The notes beneath the pieces were generated by a model, which worked only from the letters and a program-made list of their open reading frames with translations, did no database searches and was not told where the DNA came from. The translations under genes and the position numbers were made by a program. From positions 1 to 52,394 of the forward strand of contig JARVJX010000002.1 of the NCBI GenBank assembly GCA_029775995.1: a stretch of DNA of 52,394 nucleotides. Direction: 5' to 3'. Positions 9,312-19,211 of the stretch are shown here, piece by piece; within the stretch, counting starts at the first letter, position 1; each line of letters opens with the position of its first letter. Origin of the DNA: Nitrososphaeria archaeon. Its GTDB lineage: Archaea; Thermoproteota; Nitrososphaeria; Nitrososphaerales; JARVJX01.

Positions 9312-10256
9312 ATGCTTCTATTGAAGGATGAAGAGCTTATGGAGTTGATCAATTATGAAGAAGTTATAGAATGGATGAGAGAAATTTTTGAGGCTTACCA
9401 ATTGGGGAAGGTTGTTATGCCCTTAAGGATAAATATGGAGATTAAAGAGCGAGATGGAACCCTTTTGGTTATGCCTTGCTATCTTAAAGGGGAAGAGGAA
9501 GCTTTATCCTGTAAATTGGTTTCTATATACCCAAAGAATCAATTTAAAGATACAACTCAAGCTTGGCTTCTTTTATTTGATGTAAAGGATGGCTCTCTAC
9601 TATCTTTAATGGATGCTAAATATATAACTATGGTTAGAACAGCTTGCTGTAGTGCTTTAGCTACTAAGCTATTGTCAAGAAGGGATTCATCTCTCTTATC
9701 CATCATTGGTACTGGAAAGCAAGCAAAAGCTCATTTGGAGGCTTTTAGCAAGGTAATGAATATAGAAGAGTTAAAAGTTTATTCCCCAAATCCTGAGCAT
9801 AGGGAAGCTTTTGTTAAGTTTGCTGAAGAAGAATTTAATTTTAAGGCTAAAGCTATGAATAATGCTTTAGAATGCTTAGATTGTGACGTTTTAGTTACTG
9901 CAACTACATCTAAAGAGCCTTTGTTTGACGGTTCTTTGGTTAAAGAAGGAACCCATATAAATGCCATTGGCTCTCATTCCCCAAGCTTTAGGGAATTAGA
10001 TGATAAGGTTATAAAGAAGGGAAAAATAGTAGTGGATTCTAAAGAAGCAGCTTTAAAGGAAGCGGGTGAGCTATTGATCCCTATTAAAGAGGGAATATTT
10101 GATGAAAGGATAATATATGCGGAGTTAGGTGAAATTATTATAGGAAAAAAGAAGGGAAGGGAAAGGGATGATGAAATAACCATCTTTAAGTCTTTAGGCT
10201 TAGCCATGGAAGATGCTATATGCGCCATTAAACTTTACAAGAAAATAAAAAGATAA
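9312..10256 (+). CDS. Ornithine cyclodeaminase/mu-crystallin family (alanine dehydrogenase/ketimine reductase-like)
   Basis: MP..., KLVSIYPKN, ITMVRTA, GTGKQA, ATTS.EP, HINAIGS, FKSLGLAMED. Start ATG 9312 avoids overlap with sfsA. Confidence 0.9.
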   Translation: MLLLKDEELMELINYEEVIEWMREIFEAYQLGKVVMPLRINMEIKERDGTLLVMPCYLKGEEEALSCKLVSIYPKNQFKDTTQAWLLLFDVKDGSLLSLMDAKYITMVRTACCSALATKLLSRRDSSLLSIIGTGKQAKAHLEAFSKVMNIEELKVYSPNPEHREAFVKFAEEEFNFKAKAMNNALECLDCDVLVTATTSKEPLFDGSLVKEGTHINAIGSHSPSFRELDDKVIKKGKIVVDSKEAALKEAGELLIPIKEGIFDERIIYAELGEIIIGKKKGRERDDEITIFKSLGLAMEDAICAIKLYKKIKR

Positions 10257-10368
10257 GGAAAATAACTGAGTTTTAATTGCAGCTGAAGATTGTATGTATG
10301 TTTTCACCCTTTTAATGAGGTAAACAAGTTCTAGAAAGATATATCCTAGAATTAAGCAGCTTTTTTGT

Positions 10369-11307
10369 ATGTGTAAAGTAGGTGTAGTAATAGGTAAAGA
10401 ATTGCTCCTCTACTCTTTCCCAAACCATCCAATGAGATCAGCTAGAATAGAGAGTTTTTGGAACCTCTTCAAGAAAGAAGAAAGCAGGTTTATAGTAAAA
10501 AATCCTGTAATGGCTGATGAAGAAATCCTTAGGCTCTTTCATGATCCCGATTATATTGAGTTTGTTAAAAAAGCTTCTGAATTAGGGTTTGGCTATTTAG
10601 ATTATGGAGATACACCAAGCTTCAAAGGGGTTTATGAAGCTTCGTGCTATGTGGTAGGATCAAGCCTATTAGCTCTCAATATGGTAATGAAGGGAGAAGT
10701 AGAGCATGGCTTTAATCCTATGGGGGGCTTACATCATGCTAGAAAGGATAGGGCTGGAGGTTTTTGCGTTTTTAATGACATAGGTATAGTTATAAATTAC
10801 ACTAGAAGTTTTTATAATTTGAAAAGAATCCTTTATGTTGATATAGATGCCCATCATGGAGATGGGGTGTTTTATGAGTACGAGGATGATCCTGATCTCT
10901 ATATAATAGATATACATGAAAGTGGTAGAAATTTATACCCCGGTTCAGGCTTTGAATATGAGAAAGGGAAAGGAAGGGCTTTGAATACTAAGATAAATAT
11001 AGAGATGAATCCTTATGATGGTGATGATGAGTTTATTAAAAGGTTTGAGGAAGTAATGAGTTTTGCTGAAGATAGTAAGCCTGAGCTAATACTTATGCAA
11101 TGTGGAGCTGATGGGCTAAAAGGAGACCCAATAACTCATTTAAGATACACTCCAAAAGCTCATGCCTTTACAACAAAAAAATTACATGCTTTAGCCCATA
11201 AACATTGTAAAGGTAAATTGGTGGCTTTTGGAGGGGGAGGTTATAATTTAGATAATGTGGCTTCAGCTTGGATGGAAGTGATTAGAGAATTAGCTTCTGA
11301 ATATTAA
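10369..11307 (+). CDS. Zn-dependent deacetylase of the AcuC/histone deacetylase family
   Basis: HPM..R, GDTP, GGLHHA, GGFCVFND, YVDIDAHHGDG, GADG..GDP, GGGGY motifs. Confidence 0.92.
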   Translation: MCKVGVVIGKELLLYSFPNHPMRSARIESFWNLFKKEESRFIVKNPVMADEEILRLFHDPDYIEFVKKASELGFGYLDYGDTPSFKGVYEASCYVVGSSLLALNMVMKGEVEHGFNPMGGLHHARKDRAGGFCVFNDIGIVINYTRSFYNLKRILYVDIDAHHGDGVFYEYEDDPDLYIIDIHESGRNLYPGSGFEYEKGKGRALNTKINIEMNPYDGDDEFIKRFEEVMSFAEDSKPELILMQCGADGLKGDPITHLRYTPKAHAFTTKKLHALAHKHCKGKLVAFGGGGYNLDNVASAWMEVIRELASEY

Positions 11308-11311
11308 AATC

Positions 11312-12106
11312 TTATACTTGAAACCAAGAGTAAATCTCAAAAAAGAAGACTCCAGAAACTATCAGCAGAATAAATCCTAGGAGCTTTTTTAGCTTCCAAG
11401 AAGCAATGATTCCAGTATATTTAGCACCCATGAAACCTCCAACCATGGCTGCTCCTCCCATTACTAATAGTATTAACCAATTTATTTGACCAAAGGTTAT
11501 ATGCCCCAAGAAGCCAAAGAACCCCATAACAAAAGCCACAGATGTATTTGTTCCTACAGCTATCTTTGGCTCCATATTTAGCATTTTAACCATGGCTGGA
11601 ATCCTTAAAGTACCTAAAACGAGACCAACCATCCCTCCTAATAAGCCAATGAGAAAACCTAGGAACAATTCTTCCAAAATTCTTGAAGACCCAATTTTTT
11701 CTCTCTTTAAAGAAAGGGCTTCAGAATTGCCACCCTTTGGTTTCTTTGTTTTTGCAAAATCTATTCCTTGCCAAAGAAGGATCAAAGCAATAACAAATAA
11801 TAATATCCAGGCTGGGATTATCCAGCTAAGATACCCCCCTATAAAGGCCCCTAAAGCTGATGAAAAGGACATGATAACAAAGACTTGGTAATCTACCCTT
11901 TTTTCTTTAGCATGCCTAATAAAGCTAGAGAAAGAACCTAAAGTGCTGATCCCAATATTTGTCCCAGCCGCCATAGCAGGATTCAAAGCAAAGATATAGA
12001 TGATGGGAAGTCTTAGAACTCCGAGAACAAGCCCTACAATCCCTCCCACAAAACCAATTAAATAGCCTAAAACACCTATCGATAAAAGAGCAAATATATC
12101 TACCAT
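11312..12106 (-). CDS. TauE/SafE (TSUP) family membrane transporter
   Basis: Two repeats of the G..GG.VGL..G.LR.P...A.GTN hydrophobic unit; AGGTGAG RBS. Confidence 0.85.
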   Translation of the reverse strand: MVDIFALLSIGVLGYLIGFVGGIVGLVLGVLRLPIIYIFALNPAMAAGTNIGISTLGSFSSFIRHAKEKRVDYQVFVIMSFSSALGAFIGGYLSWIIPAWILLFVIALILLWQGIDFAKTKKPKGGNSEALSLKREKIGSSRILEELFLGFLIGLLGGMVGLVLGTLRIPAMVKMLNMEPKIAVGTNTSVAFVMGFFGFLGHITFGQINWLILLVMGGAAMVGGFMGAKYTGIIASWKLKKLLGFILLIVSGVFFFEIYSWFQV

Positions 12107-12222
12107 CTAACTCACCTTAAAAGCTGGGATATAATAATATAATTTCTCTATCACTCATCTTTAAGTTTTTCAATTGATTTTCAATTCCTTTCAAAACTAT
12201 CTACATGCTGATAGAATGCTAT

Positions 12223-13299
12223 TTACATTATTCTGATAACCTCTCTATTCTTTAATATTACAACCCCACTATCTAAATGCCTTATGAGTGTTACATCTTC
12301 AGGTAAAATATCAGTCCCAAGAGGTTCATTAGGTAAATTATCCTCTAATCCTGCTTTAACATAAATGTAGGGTAAATTATAGCTCCAATCTAAATTTAAA
12401 GCCTTTAAAGATAGATGGCACCACAGGCCTAAAGTGGTATGAACTTTAACATTTACTTCAGTTATTTTAGGTGCATTTTCTCTATCATATTTTATGTCTA
12501 TACAGTAGAAACCTGATGGATTAGAATCCATATTTTTTACAGCTCTTATACATAGCTCATTAACCTTCTCGTCTTTAATAGTTCTAGCAACAGTGGGGGT
12601 CCCAGTTATTCCTGATGGAGATAATTGAGGGTATATATAAAAAAGCCTTTCCCTTGTAAAACTTGCATAAAGTTTTCCCTTAAACCATAGGCTATCCCAA
12701 GCTACATCTTTCCCTGGTAAGAACTCTTGTATCATGAACTCTTCTTTATCTATTTTCTTTAAATTCCAAAGCTCAACCCATTTTCTTGCCTCTTCTAAAC
12801 TATATATGGGTAAAGATAATCTACCTCCTGCGCCTTTTCTAGCTCTAATCCATAGAGGAAAACCATGCTCACGAGCTAATTCTTCTAAATTTTCTTCGCT
12901 ATAAAGCCTTGTAGTAGGCATATTTATTTTTCCTTTAAGCTTTTCATAGGTTAGATATTTATCCCTTGAAATTTTTACCACTTCTTTTCTGGCTATAAGG
13001 GTTTTAGCTTTAATTTTTTCAATATTCTGGCTTAAGATCTCTAACTCAGGTTCAGGATTAGGGTGAATAAAATCTACCCTTTCTTCCGAGCATAAATGGT
13101 TTATAAAATCTATAAAGCTTGGATCTTCTCGTTTAGGCGCTTTGTAGCGCTTATTTAAATAGCTATTTAGGATCAGGTAAAATTCGTTTGTATCTATACC
13201 AACAATATAAAATTTTTCTGGTGAGCAGCTTAAAGACCTTAAAAAATTAATACAACCAACACTTCCAGCTCCAGTAGCTAAAATTCTAATTTCCTTCAT
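12223..13299 (-). CDS. ATP-grasp carboxylate-amine ligase (CPS-like)
   Basis: N-terminal GAGS..., DKY.TY, PLWIRARKGAGG, IQEFLPG, ITEVN. Overlaps larB by 14 bp. Confidence 0.8.
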   Translation of the reverse strand: MKEIRILATGAGSVGCINFLRSLSCSPEKFYIVGIDTNEFYLILNSYLNKRYKAPKREDPSFIDFINHLCSEERVDFIHPNPEPELEILSQNIEKIKAKTLIARKEVVKISRDKYLTYEKLKGKINMPTTRLYSEENLEELAREHGFPLWIRARKGAGGRLSLPIYSLEEARKWVELWNLKKIDKEEFMIQEFLPGKDVAWDSLWFKGKLYASFTRERLFYIYPQLSPSGITGTPTVARTIKDEKVNELCIRAVKNMDSNPSGFYCIDIKYDRENAPKITEVNVKVHTTLGLWCHLSLKALNLDWSYNLPYIYVKAGLEDNLPNEPLGTDILPEDVTLIRHLDSGVVILKNREVIRIM

Positions 13300-14089
13300 T
13301 TTTAGTCCTCATAACTACCTTTTGTATTTTATTAGCTATTAAAGATGCAAAGGCACCAGCCCCTACCCCATTATCTATATTAACTACAGCTAAGCCAGGA
13401 GAGCAGGATTGAAGCATACTCAGCAGAGCACTTTTTCCCCTAGAACCAAACCCATATCCAATAGAAGTTGGAACCCCAATAACGGGCAGATCTATTAAAC
13501 CGGAAACCACCGAAGGTAAAGCCCCCTCCATTCCTGCTACAACTATTACCACATCACAATCTTTTTCAATGATCTCTTTTAAAGGCTTGAACAATCTGTG
13601 TAAGCCCCCTACACCTACATCGTAAAAGCACAAAGCTTCAAAGCCCATCTCTTCAACTATAACCTTTGCCTCTTCAGCAATGGGTATATCTGAAGTTCCA
13701 GCAGATATTATGGCTATCTTTCTATCCTTTGGTTTTACCTCAAAGCCCTTTTTTCTGATAACAAGAACACGAGCTTTATCATTATACTTCAAATTCAATT
13801 CCTCTAAATTTAGAGTCTTTTCCATCTTTCTATAAGAATCTTCATCAACCCTGCTTATAATTACCCTATCTTCCCTCTCTAAGACCTTTTTAGCAATTCT
13901 AATTAACTGCTCAAAGCTCTTTCCCATGGCTAAAACTATCTCTGGAAATCCTTTCCTTAGCTCTCTATTTACATCGAACTTTAAAGAACCTTCTAACTCC
14001 TCTAAGTAATTTAGCCTTATTCTCTTTTCAGCCTCTTCTAAACTTATTTCTCCTTTTAAAAGTTTATCCAATATCTCTCTAATTCCCAC
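13286..14089 (-). CDS. larB: Nickel-pincer nucleotide biosynthesis carboxylase/hydrolase LarB (PurE-like)
   Basis: R..RKGFPE, AGTSDIPIAEEA, DVGVGGLHRL, AGMEGALPSV, PTSIGYG, MLQSCSPG..VVNIDNG. Confidence 0.93.
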   Translation of the reverse strand: MGIREILDKLLKGEISLEEAEKRIRLNYLEELEGSLKFDVNRELRKGFPEIVLAMGKSFEQLIRIAKKVLEREDRVIISRVDEDSYRKMEKTLNLEELNLKYNDKARVLVIRKKGFEVKPKDRKIAIISAGTSDIPIAEEAKVIVEEMGFEALCFYDVGVGGLHRLFKPLKEIIEKDCDVVIVVAGMEGALPSVVSGLIDLPVIGVPTSIGYGFGSRGKSALLSMLQSCSPGLAVVNIDNGVGAGAFASLIANKIQKVVMRTKNEGN

Positions 14090-14172
14090 ACCTTAATTAA
14101 GGTATTAAGGGTTCAAAAGTCTTAATAATTTTTATAGGCTCTTTTCTTCACTTATAAGGGGAAAGAAGAAAA

Positions 14173-15345
14173 TTGCTCATCTTTACGCTAGTAAAGGGAG
14201 TACCGTCAAAGACCACACAAGTTATAATGGTAGGGGGTGTACTAAAGAGAGAAACCATGGATATAGTTTTAAACCCCTATGATGTAAAGGCTCTTCAAGC
14301 TTCCGATTACGTTAAAAGAAAAATAGGAGGGAAAGTTATAGCCATAACCATGGGCCCTGATTTTAAACTTTTGCCCATAATGAAAAAACTTTTTCAAATG
14401 GATATTGAGGGAATAGATGAAGCAGTGATTTTAAGCGATAAAAGGATGGCAGGAGCGGATACTTTAGCTACCTCTTACACTTTAGCTTTAGGTATTAGAA
14501 AGATTTTAGCTATTCATAAAGAAGCCATAAGTAAGCTCATAGAAACTGTAGATAAAAAAAGTAAAGAAGAAGTTGAAAGGCTTTCTCACGATCTTTACGA
14601 AAAGAACCTTTTACCCAATAAGATTTACACTACCTTAAAGAGCATTAAAGATAGCTTAATCCAGAGATACCTAAAGGACGAAATTTCTAAAGAAGAGGTT
14701 TTAGATCTTTTAGAAAATGAAATGAAAGAAATGGATAAATTCGTCATTTTTGCAGGGATTAAAAGTTCTGATGGAGAGACAAGTAGTGTAGGGCCTCAAG
14801 TAGCTGAAGGATTAAGTGAGTTATTAGGAAATACCATACCAAACGTTACCTTTTGTAACGAGTTTAGAATTAATAATGGAATTGTGAATCTAAAAAGAAA
14901 GATAGCCAATAGGTTAGAGCTCTTAGAGGCTTCCTTTCCTCTTTTAATAACACTTGTTAATGAGTATGAGCCTGAGCCAGTTTTGGCAAGTTTTAAATGG
15001 AAGGTTAGAGCTGAGAATTATAAGGGAAAGGTATTTAACCCTTACATATGGAATGTCGAGCAAATAGATGCTGATGTAAATAGGGTGGGTTTAATTGGTT
15101 CCCCCACTTTGGTAGGTCCAGGAATCGATGTAGGCAAGCCCCCAACCCAAAAATTTATAGGAAAAAGCTTAGTTTTCAAGAGAAAGATAGAAAGCATTAC
15201 TATGGATGATATAAAGTACGGTCCCTATGATGAAGGAGAATTAGCTGATAATCTCCCCGAAAGATTAAAACAGTACTTCCTTGAGAGAGGGGATCTAGAG
15301 TACTTTAGCTATGGAAGATTAGTTAGAGAGATCATAGGTAAATGA
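14173..15345 (+). CDS. fixA: Electron transfer flavoprotein beta subunit (FixA-like), with an internal insertion and a C-terminal extension
   Basis: VKGVP, NPYD..A, TMGP, AGADTLATS, G..SSDGETSSVGPQ, GSPT. 390 aa versus about 260 aa for typical EtfB. Confidence 0.85.
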   Translation: MLIFTLVKGVPSKTTQVIMVGGVLKRETMDIVLNPYDVKALQASDYVKRKIGGKVIAITMGPDFKLLPIMKKLFQMDIEGIDEAVILSDKRMAGADTLATSYTLALGIRKILAIHKEAISKLIETVDKKSKEEVERLSHDLYEKNLLPNKIYTTLKSIKDSLIQRYLKDEISKEEVLDLLENEMKEMDKFVIFAGIKSSDGETSSVGPQVAEGLSELLGNTIPNVTFCNEFRINNGIVNLKRKIANRLELLEASFPLLITLVNEYEPEPVLASFKWKVRAENYKGKVFNPYIWNVEQIDADVNRVGLIGSPTLVGPGIDVGKPPTQKFIGKSLVFKRKIESITMDDIKYGPYDEGELADNLPERLKQYFLERGDLEYFSYGRLVREIIGK

Positions 15346-16433
15346 ATTTCAATAAGGAAGATTATAAAGATGTTTGGGCTTACCTCTCTACCATTGATGG
15401 TAAAATAACGAAACCTTCCCTTGAGCTTTTAGCTGCAGCTAGAAAAGTGGCTGATAAATTAAACCAAAAGGCTGTAGGAATTATAGTTGGTAAAAGAGAT
15501 TATGAGTTAGCAAAAAGGGCTATTCATCATGGAGCTGATAAGGTAATCTTAGTTAACCATGATAAATTGCAAAACTATCTTTGTTTACCTTATACATCAG
15601 CTTTAACTCAACTATGTTTAGCCTATAAACCTTACATTTTTCTCTTTATTGCCGATGAGATTGGTAAAGAATTAGGCCCAAGGTTAGCCTATAGACTAAA
15701 GACTGGCTTAGCTGCAGATAATATAGAGTTAGATATAGGAGATTATTATAATCCTCAAAATGGGACTCACTACAAAAGCTTGCTCATTCAAATTAGACCA
15801 GATTTTGGTACAAGAATAGCTAAAATCTACACTCCGAAACATAGACCTCAAATAGCTTCCGTAAGACCTGGAAACTTTGAACCCTTAAAGGAGAATAGAG
15901 AGAGGAAGGGGGAAATTTTGGAGTTTTCACCTACTTTAAGCTCTTCTGATTTTATGGTAGTTTTGAAGGAAATTAAAGAATTACCAAAGCCAAAGGTGGA
16001 TTTAGAGGGAGCTCAAGCTATAGTAAGTTTAGGTTTAGGTATTTTGAGAGATGGTAAGGGAAATCCAAGAAACCCCTTAGAAGCTTATAATTTAGCTGAA
16101 GAGTTGGCTAAAGCTATAAGAGAAAAGTTTGGCTTGAGGACAGAAATTGGAGCAACGAGAGCTTTAATTTACTCAGAGCTAAAGGAGCTGAGAGGCTTGA
16201 TTACAAAAGAGAATCAGGTAGGACAGACAGGGAAAACTGTTAGCCCTGAAATCTACATTGCCTTAGGTATAAGTGGGGCTGTTCAACATAGAGTTGGGAT
16301 GATAAGATCTAAGAGGATCATTGCGATAAATACTGATCCTAATGCTCCTATCTTTCAAGTAGCTCATTACGGGATAATTGGAGATATTTATGAAGAGGTA
16401 CCAAAGCTTATAGAAGCTATAAGAAGGGGCTAG
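15342..16433 (+). CDS. fixB: Electron transfer flavoprotein alpha subunit (FixB-like)
   Basis: GLAAD, RP.FG, QVGQTGKTVSP.IYIALGISGAVQH..GM, AIN.DPNAPIF. Confidence 0.92.
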   Translation: MNFNKEDYKDVWAYLSTIDGKITKPSLELLAAARKVADKLNQKAVGIIVGKRDYELAKRAIHHGADKVILVNHDKLQNYLCLPYTSALTQLCLAYKPYIFLFIADEIGKELGPRLAYRLKTGLAADNIELDIGDYYNPQNGTHYKSLLIQIRPDFGTRIAKIYTPKHRPQIASVRPGNFEPLKENRERKGEILEFSPTLSSSDFMVVLKEIKELPKPKVDLEGAQAIVSLGLGILRDGKGNPRNPLEAYNLAEELAKAIREKFGLRTEIGATRALIYSELKELRGLITKENQVGQTGKTVSPEIYIALGISGAVQHRVGMIRSKRIIAINTDPNAPIFQVAHYGIIGDIYEEVPKLIEAIRRG

Positions 16434-16434
16434 G

Positions 16435-18126
16435 ATGGAAAAGTTTGATGTTATAATAGTTGGTGCTGGTCCAGCTGGAAGTGCCTGTGCTTACTATTTA
16501 GCTAAAGAGGGTTATAATGTTCTCTTGTTAGATAAAGCTAAGGTTCCTGGACAAAGAAATATGACAGGAGGGGTTCTTTATGGAGCCTATGAGAAGGGCT
16601 ATGGTTTAATAGATCTAATACCTGATTTTCAAGAAGAAGCTCCTTTAGAGAGAAAGATTGTAGAGCATTCTGTTTTTATTATTTCAGACCCATTAGAAAA
16701 GGATGATAGGCTAAGCTACAAATGCAAAAAGTTAGATGAATCTTCTTTACTTTCTAAGCTAAGGTTAATCTACATAGAAAAAGGAACTGGCTACGACTAT
16801 TCAGTATTAAGGGCTAAATTTGATAAATGGTTTGCCTTCAAAGCCATGAAAGAAGGTGCTATGCTTAGCACCGAGTCTACTTGTATAGATCTGATAAAGA
16901 GAGAAAATAAGATAATAGGGGTTTTGACCAATAGAGAGGAGCTTTATGCTGATCTAATCGTGGATGCCAGTGGTGTAACTTCAAAATTGGTTGAAAAGGC
17001 TGGGCTAAGAGGGAAATTAAAGCCAGAAGATGTTTACCATGGGGTTAAACATGTATATAGCTTAGATCCAAAGATCATGGAAGAGAAATTTAAACTAAAG
17101 GAGAAGCAAGGTGTAGCCTGGTTTTACTTTGGGCAATTTATGAAGGGGGTTAAAGGAGGAGCCTTTTTGTATACTAATTACGATACCTTATCCATAGGAA
17201 TAGTAATAAGCTTGGATTCCTTCTTAAAGAAATCCTTAGAGGAGCCCTATGAAATAGGAAAACCTTTGGAGATTCTTGAAGCCCTTGAGAACCATCCAAT
17301 TTTATCGAACTATTTGGAAGGAGCAAAGCTTGTTGAATATTCTGCTCATAATATACCGAAAGGTTACAGATGCATGCTTAACGAACCTTATAAAGACGGA
17401 TTTTTAGTAGCAGGGGATGCTTTAGGCACCTTTGTTAAGTTGGGGAACCTTATAGATGGTATGAGAAGGGCTATAGCTTCTGGTATAATGGCAGCCCAAA
17501 CTTACATTAAGGCTAAGAAATTGAAGGATTTCTCATCTAAAACCCTCTCCCTTTACAGAGAGCTATTAGCCCCTATCTATAGAGACATAAAGAGGTCAAA
17601 GAGAGATAGTAGAATAAGTGAGAGCAATTTTGCCTATAATTTGTTTCCAAAGCTCATCTTTACTTTAGGGATGGCAAAGAGGTATCAGGCTCCTAAAGAA
17701 AAAATATATGAACCTAAGGATTCTCTTCAGAAAATTCAGGATAGAACCAGTTTGCTCGATTACTATGAAGATAAAGAATATTCTCATATAAAGGTGAATT
17801 ATGAATTGGCCTCAAAGTCTAAGCATAAACCTTGGATACCAGCTTGCCCCACAAATTGTTACACTTTGGTTTTGAATAAAGGGGTCTACGCTTCCTATAG
17901 AGATTTGTATGAGTTCAATCTAAAGACATTAGAATCAAAATTAAAGGGAAAGGAGCTTAGAATTGAAGCCTTAAAGGTAACTAAGGAAGATATTGCTAAA
18001 GGTGAGTTAAGATTTGATCATATAGCCTGTGTAGCTTGTGGTACTTGTGGTGTGATAGGCCCTGAGGAGCAAATCCTCTTTGATCATGAATTGGATGGTC
18101 ATGGTGTTAAATATAAGTATGGATGA
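16435..18126 (+). CDS. fixC: FixC-like ETF:quinone oxidoreductase flavoprotein fused to a FixX-like ferredoxin
   Basis: GAGPAG FAD motif, GGVLY, SVLRAKFDKW, GDALG. C-terminal CPTNCY...CVACGTC...GVKYKYG is FixX-like. Confidence 0.88.
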   Translation: MEKFDVIIVGAGPAGSACAYYLAKEGYNVLLLDKAKVPGQRNMTGGVLYGAYEKGYGLIDLIPDFQEEAPLERKIVEHSVFIISDPLEKDDRLSYKCKKLDESSLLSKLRLIYIEKGTGYDYSVLRAKFDKWFAFKAMKEGAMLSTESTCIDLIKRENKIIGVLTNREELYADLIVDASGVTSKLVEKAGLRGKLKPEDVYHGVKHVYSLDPKIMEEKFKLKEKQGVAWFYFGQFMKGVKGGAFLYTNYDTLSIGIVISLDSFLKKSLEEPYEIGKPLEILEALENHPILSNYLEGAKLVEYSAHNIPKGYRCMLNEPYKDGFLVAGDALGTFVKLGNLIDGMRRAIASGIMAAQTYIKAKKLKDFSSKTLSLYRELLAPIYRDIKRSKRDSRISESNFAYNLFPKLIFTLGMAKRYQAPKEKIYEPKDSLQKIQDRTSLLDYYEDKEYSHIKVNYELASKSKHKPWIPACPTNCYTLVLNKGVYASYRDLYEFNLKTLESKLKGKELRIEALKVTKEDIAKGELRFDHIACVACGTCGVIGPEEQILFDHELDGHGVKYKYG

Positions 18127-18287
18127 TTGAATTGGCTATCCCTGAAGCTGAAGAAATGATTATTCAAAAAACAGTCCTAGAATTATATAGAACCCTTTCC
18201 TTTGCAAATCTATATGTGTAAAATATCTTTACCTTGCTAATATGTAGGAAAGAAATATATAAATTAATTTTATAAAATAGAGCTGTA

Positions 18288-19211
18288 ATGATTAGCATTG
18301 TAGGAAGTGGAAGGGTTGGAAGCGCTGTAGCTCTAAATCTTATTTTTAAGGAATTAGATGATATTATTCTCTTAGATGTTGTGGAAGGATTACCTCAAGG
18401 AGAAGCCTTGGATTTAGGGCATATGGCTTCAAGAATGGGCAAAGATGTTAAAATAGAAGGTTCTTCTGATTTTTCATCTATAAGGGGTTCTGATCTGATC
18501 ATAATAACAGCAGGATCAGCTAGAAAGCCTGGAATGACTAGAATGGACCTTTTACACAAGAACTTTGAAATAATCAAGGATATTGCTGAGAAGGTTAAAG
18601 CCTATGCTCCAAATTCAAAGGTTTTGATGGTTACTAATCCTTTGGATGTTATGACCTATGTAGCCTTAAAGGTTACTGGCTTTGAACCTCATAGAGTCTT
18701 TGGAATGGGAGGAATATTGGATTCATCAAGATTTATTTATTATATAAATAAGGCTTTAAAGGTTTCAAGAAGATCCATCGATGCTATGGTAATAGGGGAG
18801 CATGGAGAGAATATGCTTCCCTTAATAAGATACTCATCAGTAGCAGGAATACCCTTAACAAAATTTCTAAATGAGCAAGAGCAGAAGAAGATTTTAGAGA
18901 GTACTGTTAAGGCTGCTGCTGAAGTTATAGCCTTAAAGGGAGCAACAGTTTATGCCCCAGCTTACGCTGTAGCGCAGATGGCTGAAGCTGTTATAAAGGA
19001 TAATAAAGAGCTCTTTCCTCTTTCAACCTACTTAAAGGGTGAATATGGGGTTAGGGGAGTATGTATAGGAGTTCCAGCCCTTCTAGGAGCTAATGGTGTT
19101 GAGAGGATTATTGAGTTAGAACTTAATGAGGAAGAAAGAAGTATATTTAATAGAGGAGTGGAAGCCATAAAAAAGGCTATAGTAGAAATAGGTTTTGGTA
19201 ATGAAGAATAA
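18288..19211 (+). CDS. mdh: LDH-like malate dehydrogenase
   Basis: GSGRVG, GEALDL, ARKPGMTRMDL (malate-specific R), VTNPLD, LDSSR, IGEHG. Confidence 0.93.
   Translation: MISIVGSGRVGSAVALNLIFKELDDIILLDVVEGLPQGEALDLGHMASRMGKDVKIEGSSDFSSIRGSDLIIITAGSARKPGMTRMDLLHKNFEIIKDIAEKVKAYAPNSKVLMVTNPLDVMTYVALKVTGFEPHRVFGMGGILDSSRFIYYINKALKVSRRSIDAMVIGEHGENMLPLIRYSSVAGIPLTKFLNEQEQKKILESTVKAAAEVIALKGATVYAPAYAVAQMAEAVIKDNKELFPLSTYLKGEYGVRGVCIGVPALLGANGVERIIELELNEEERSIFNRGVEAIKKAIVEIGFGNEE

Noticed and set aside
18122-18170. Possible C/D-box sRNA overlapping the fixC stop (ATGATTGA...CTGA...TGAAGA)
   Set aside because: The C box is imperfect and there is no terminal CTGA D box; no target could be verified.
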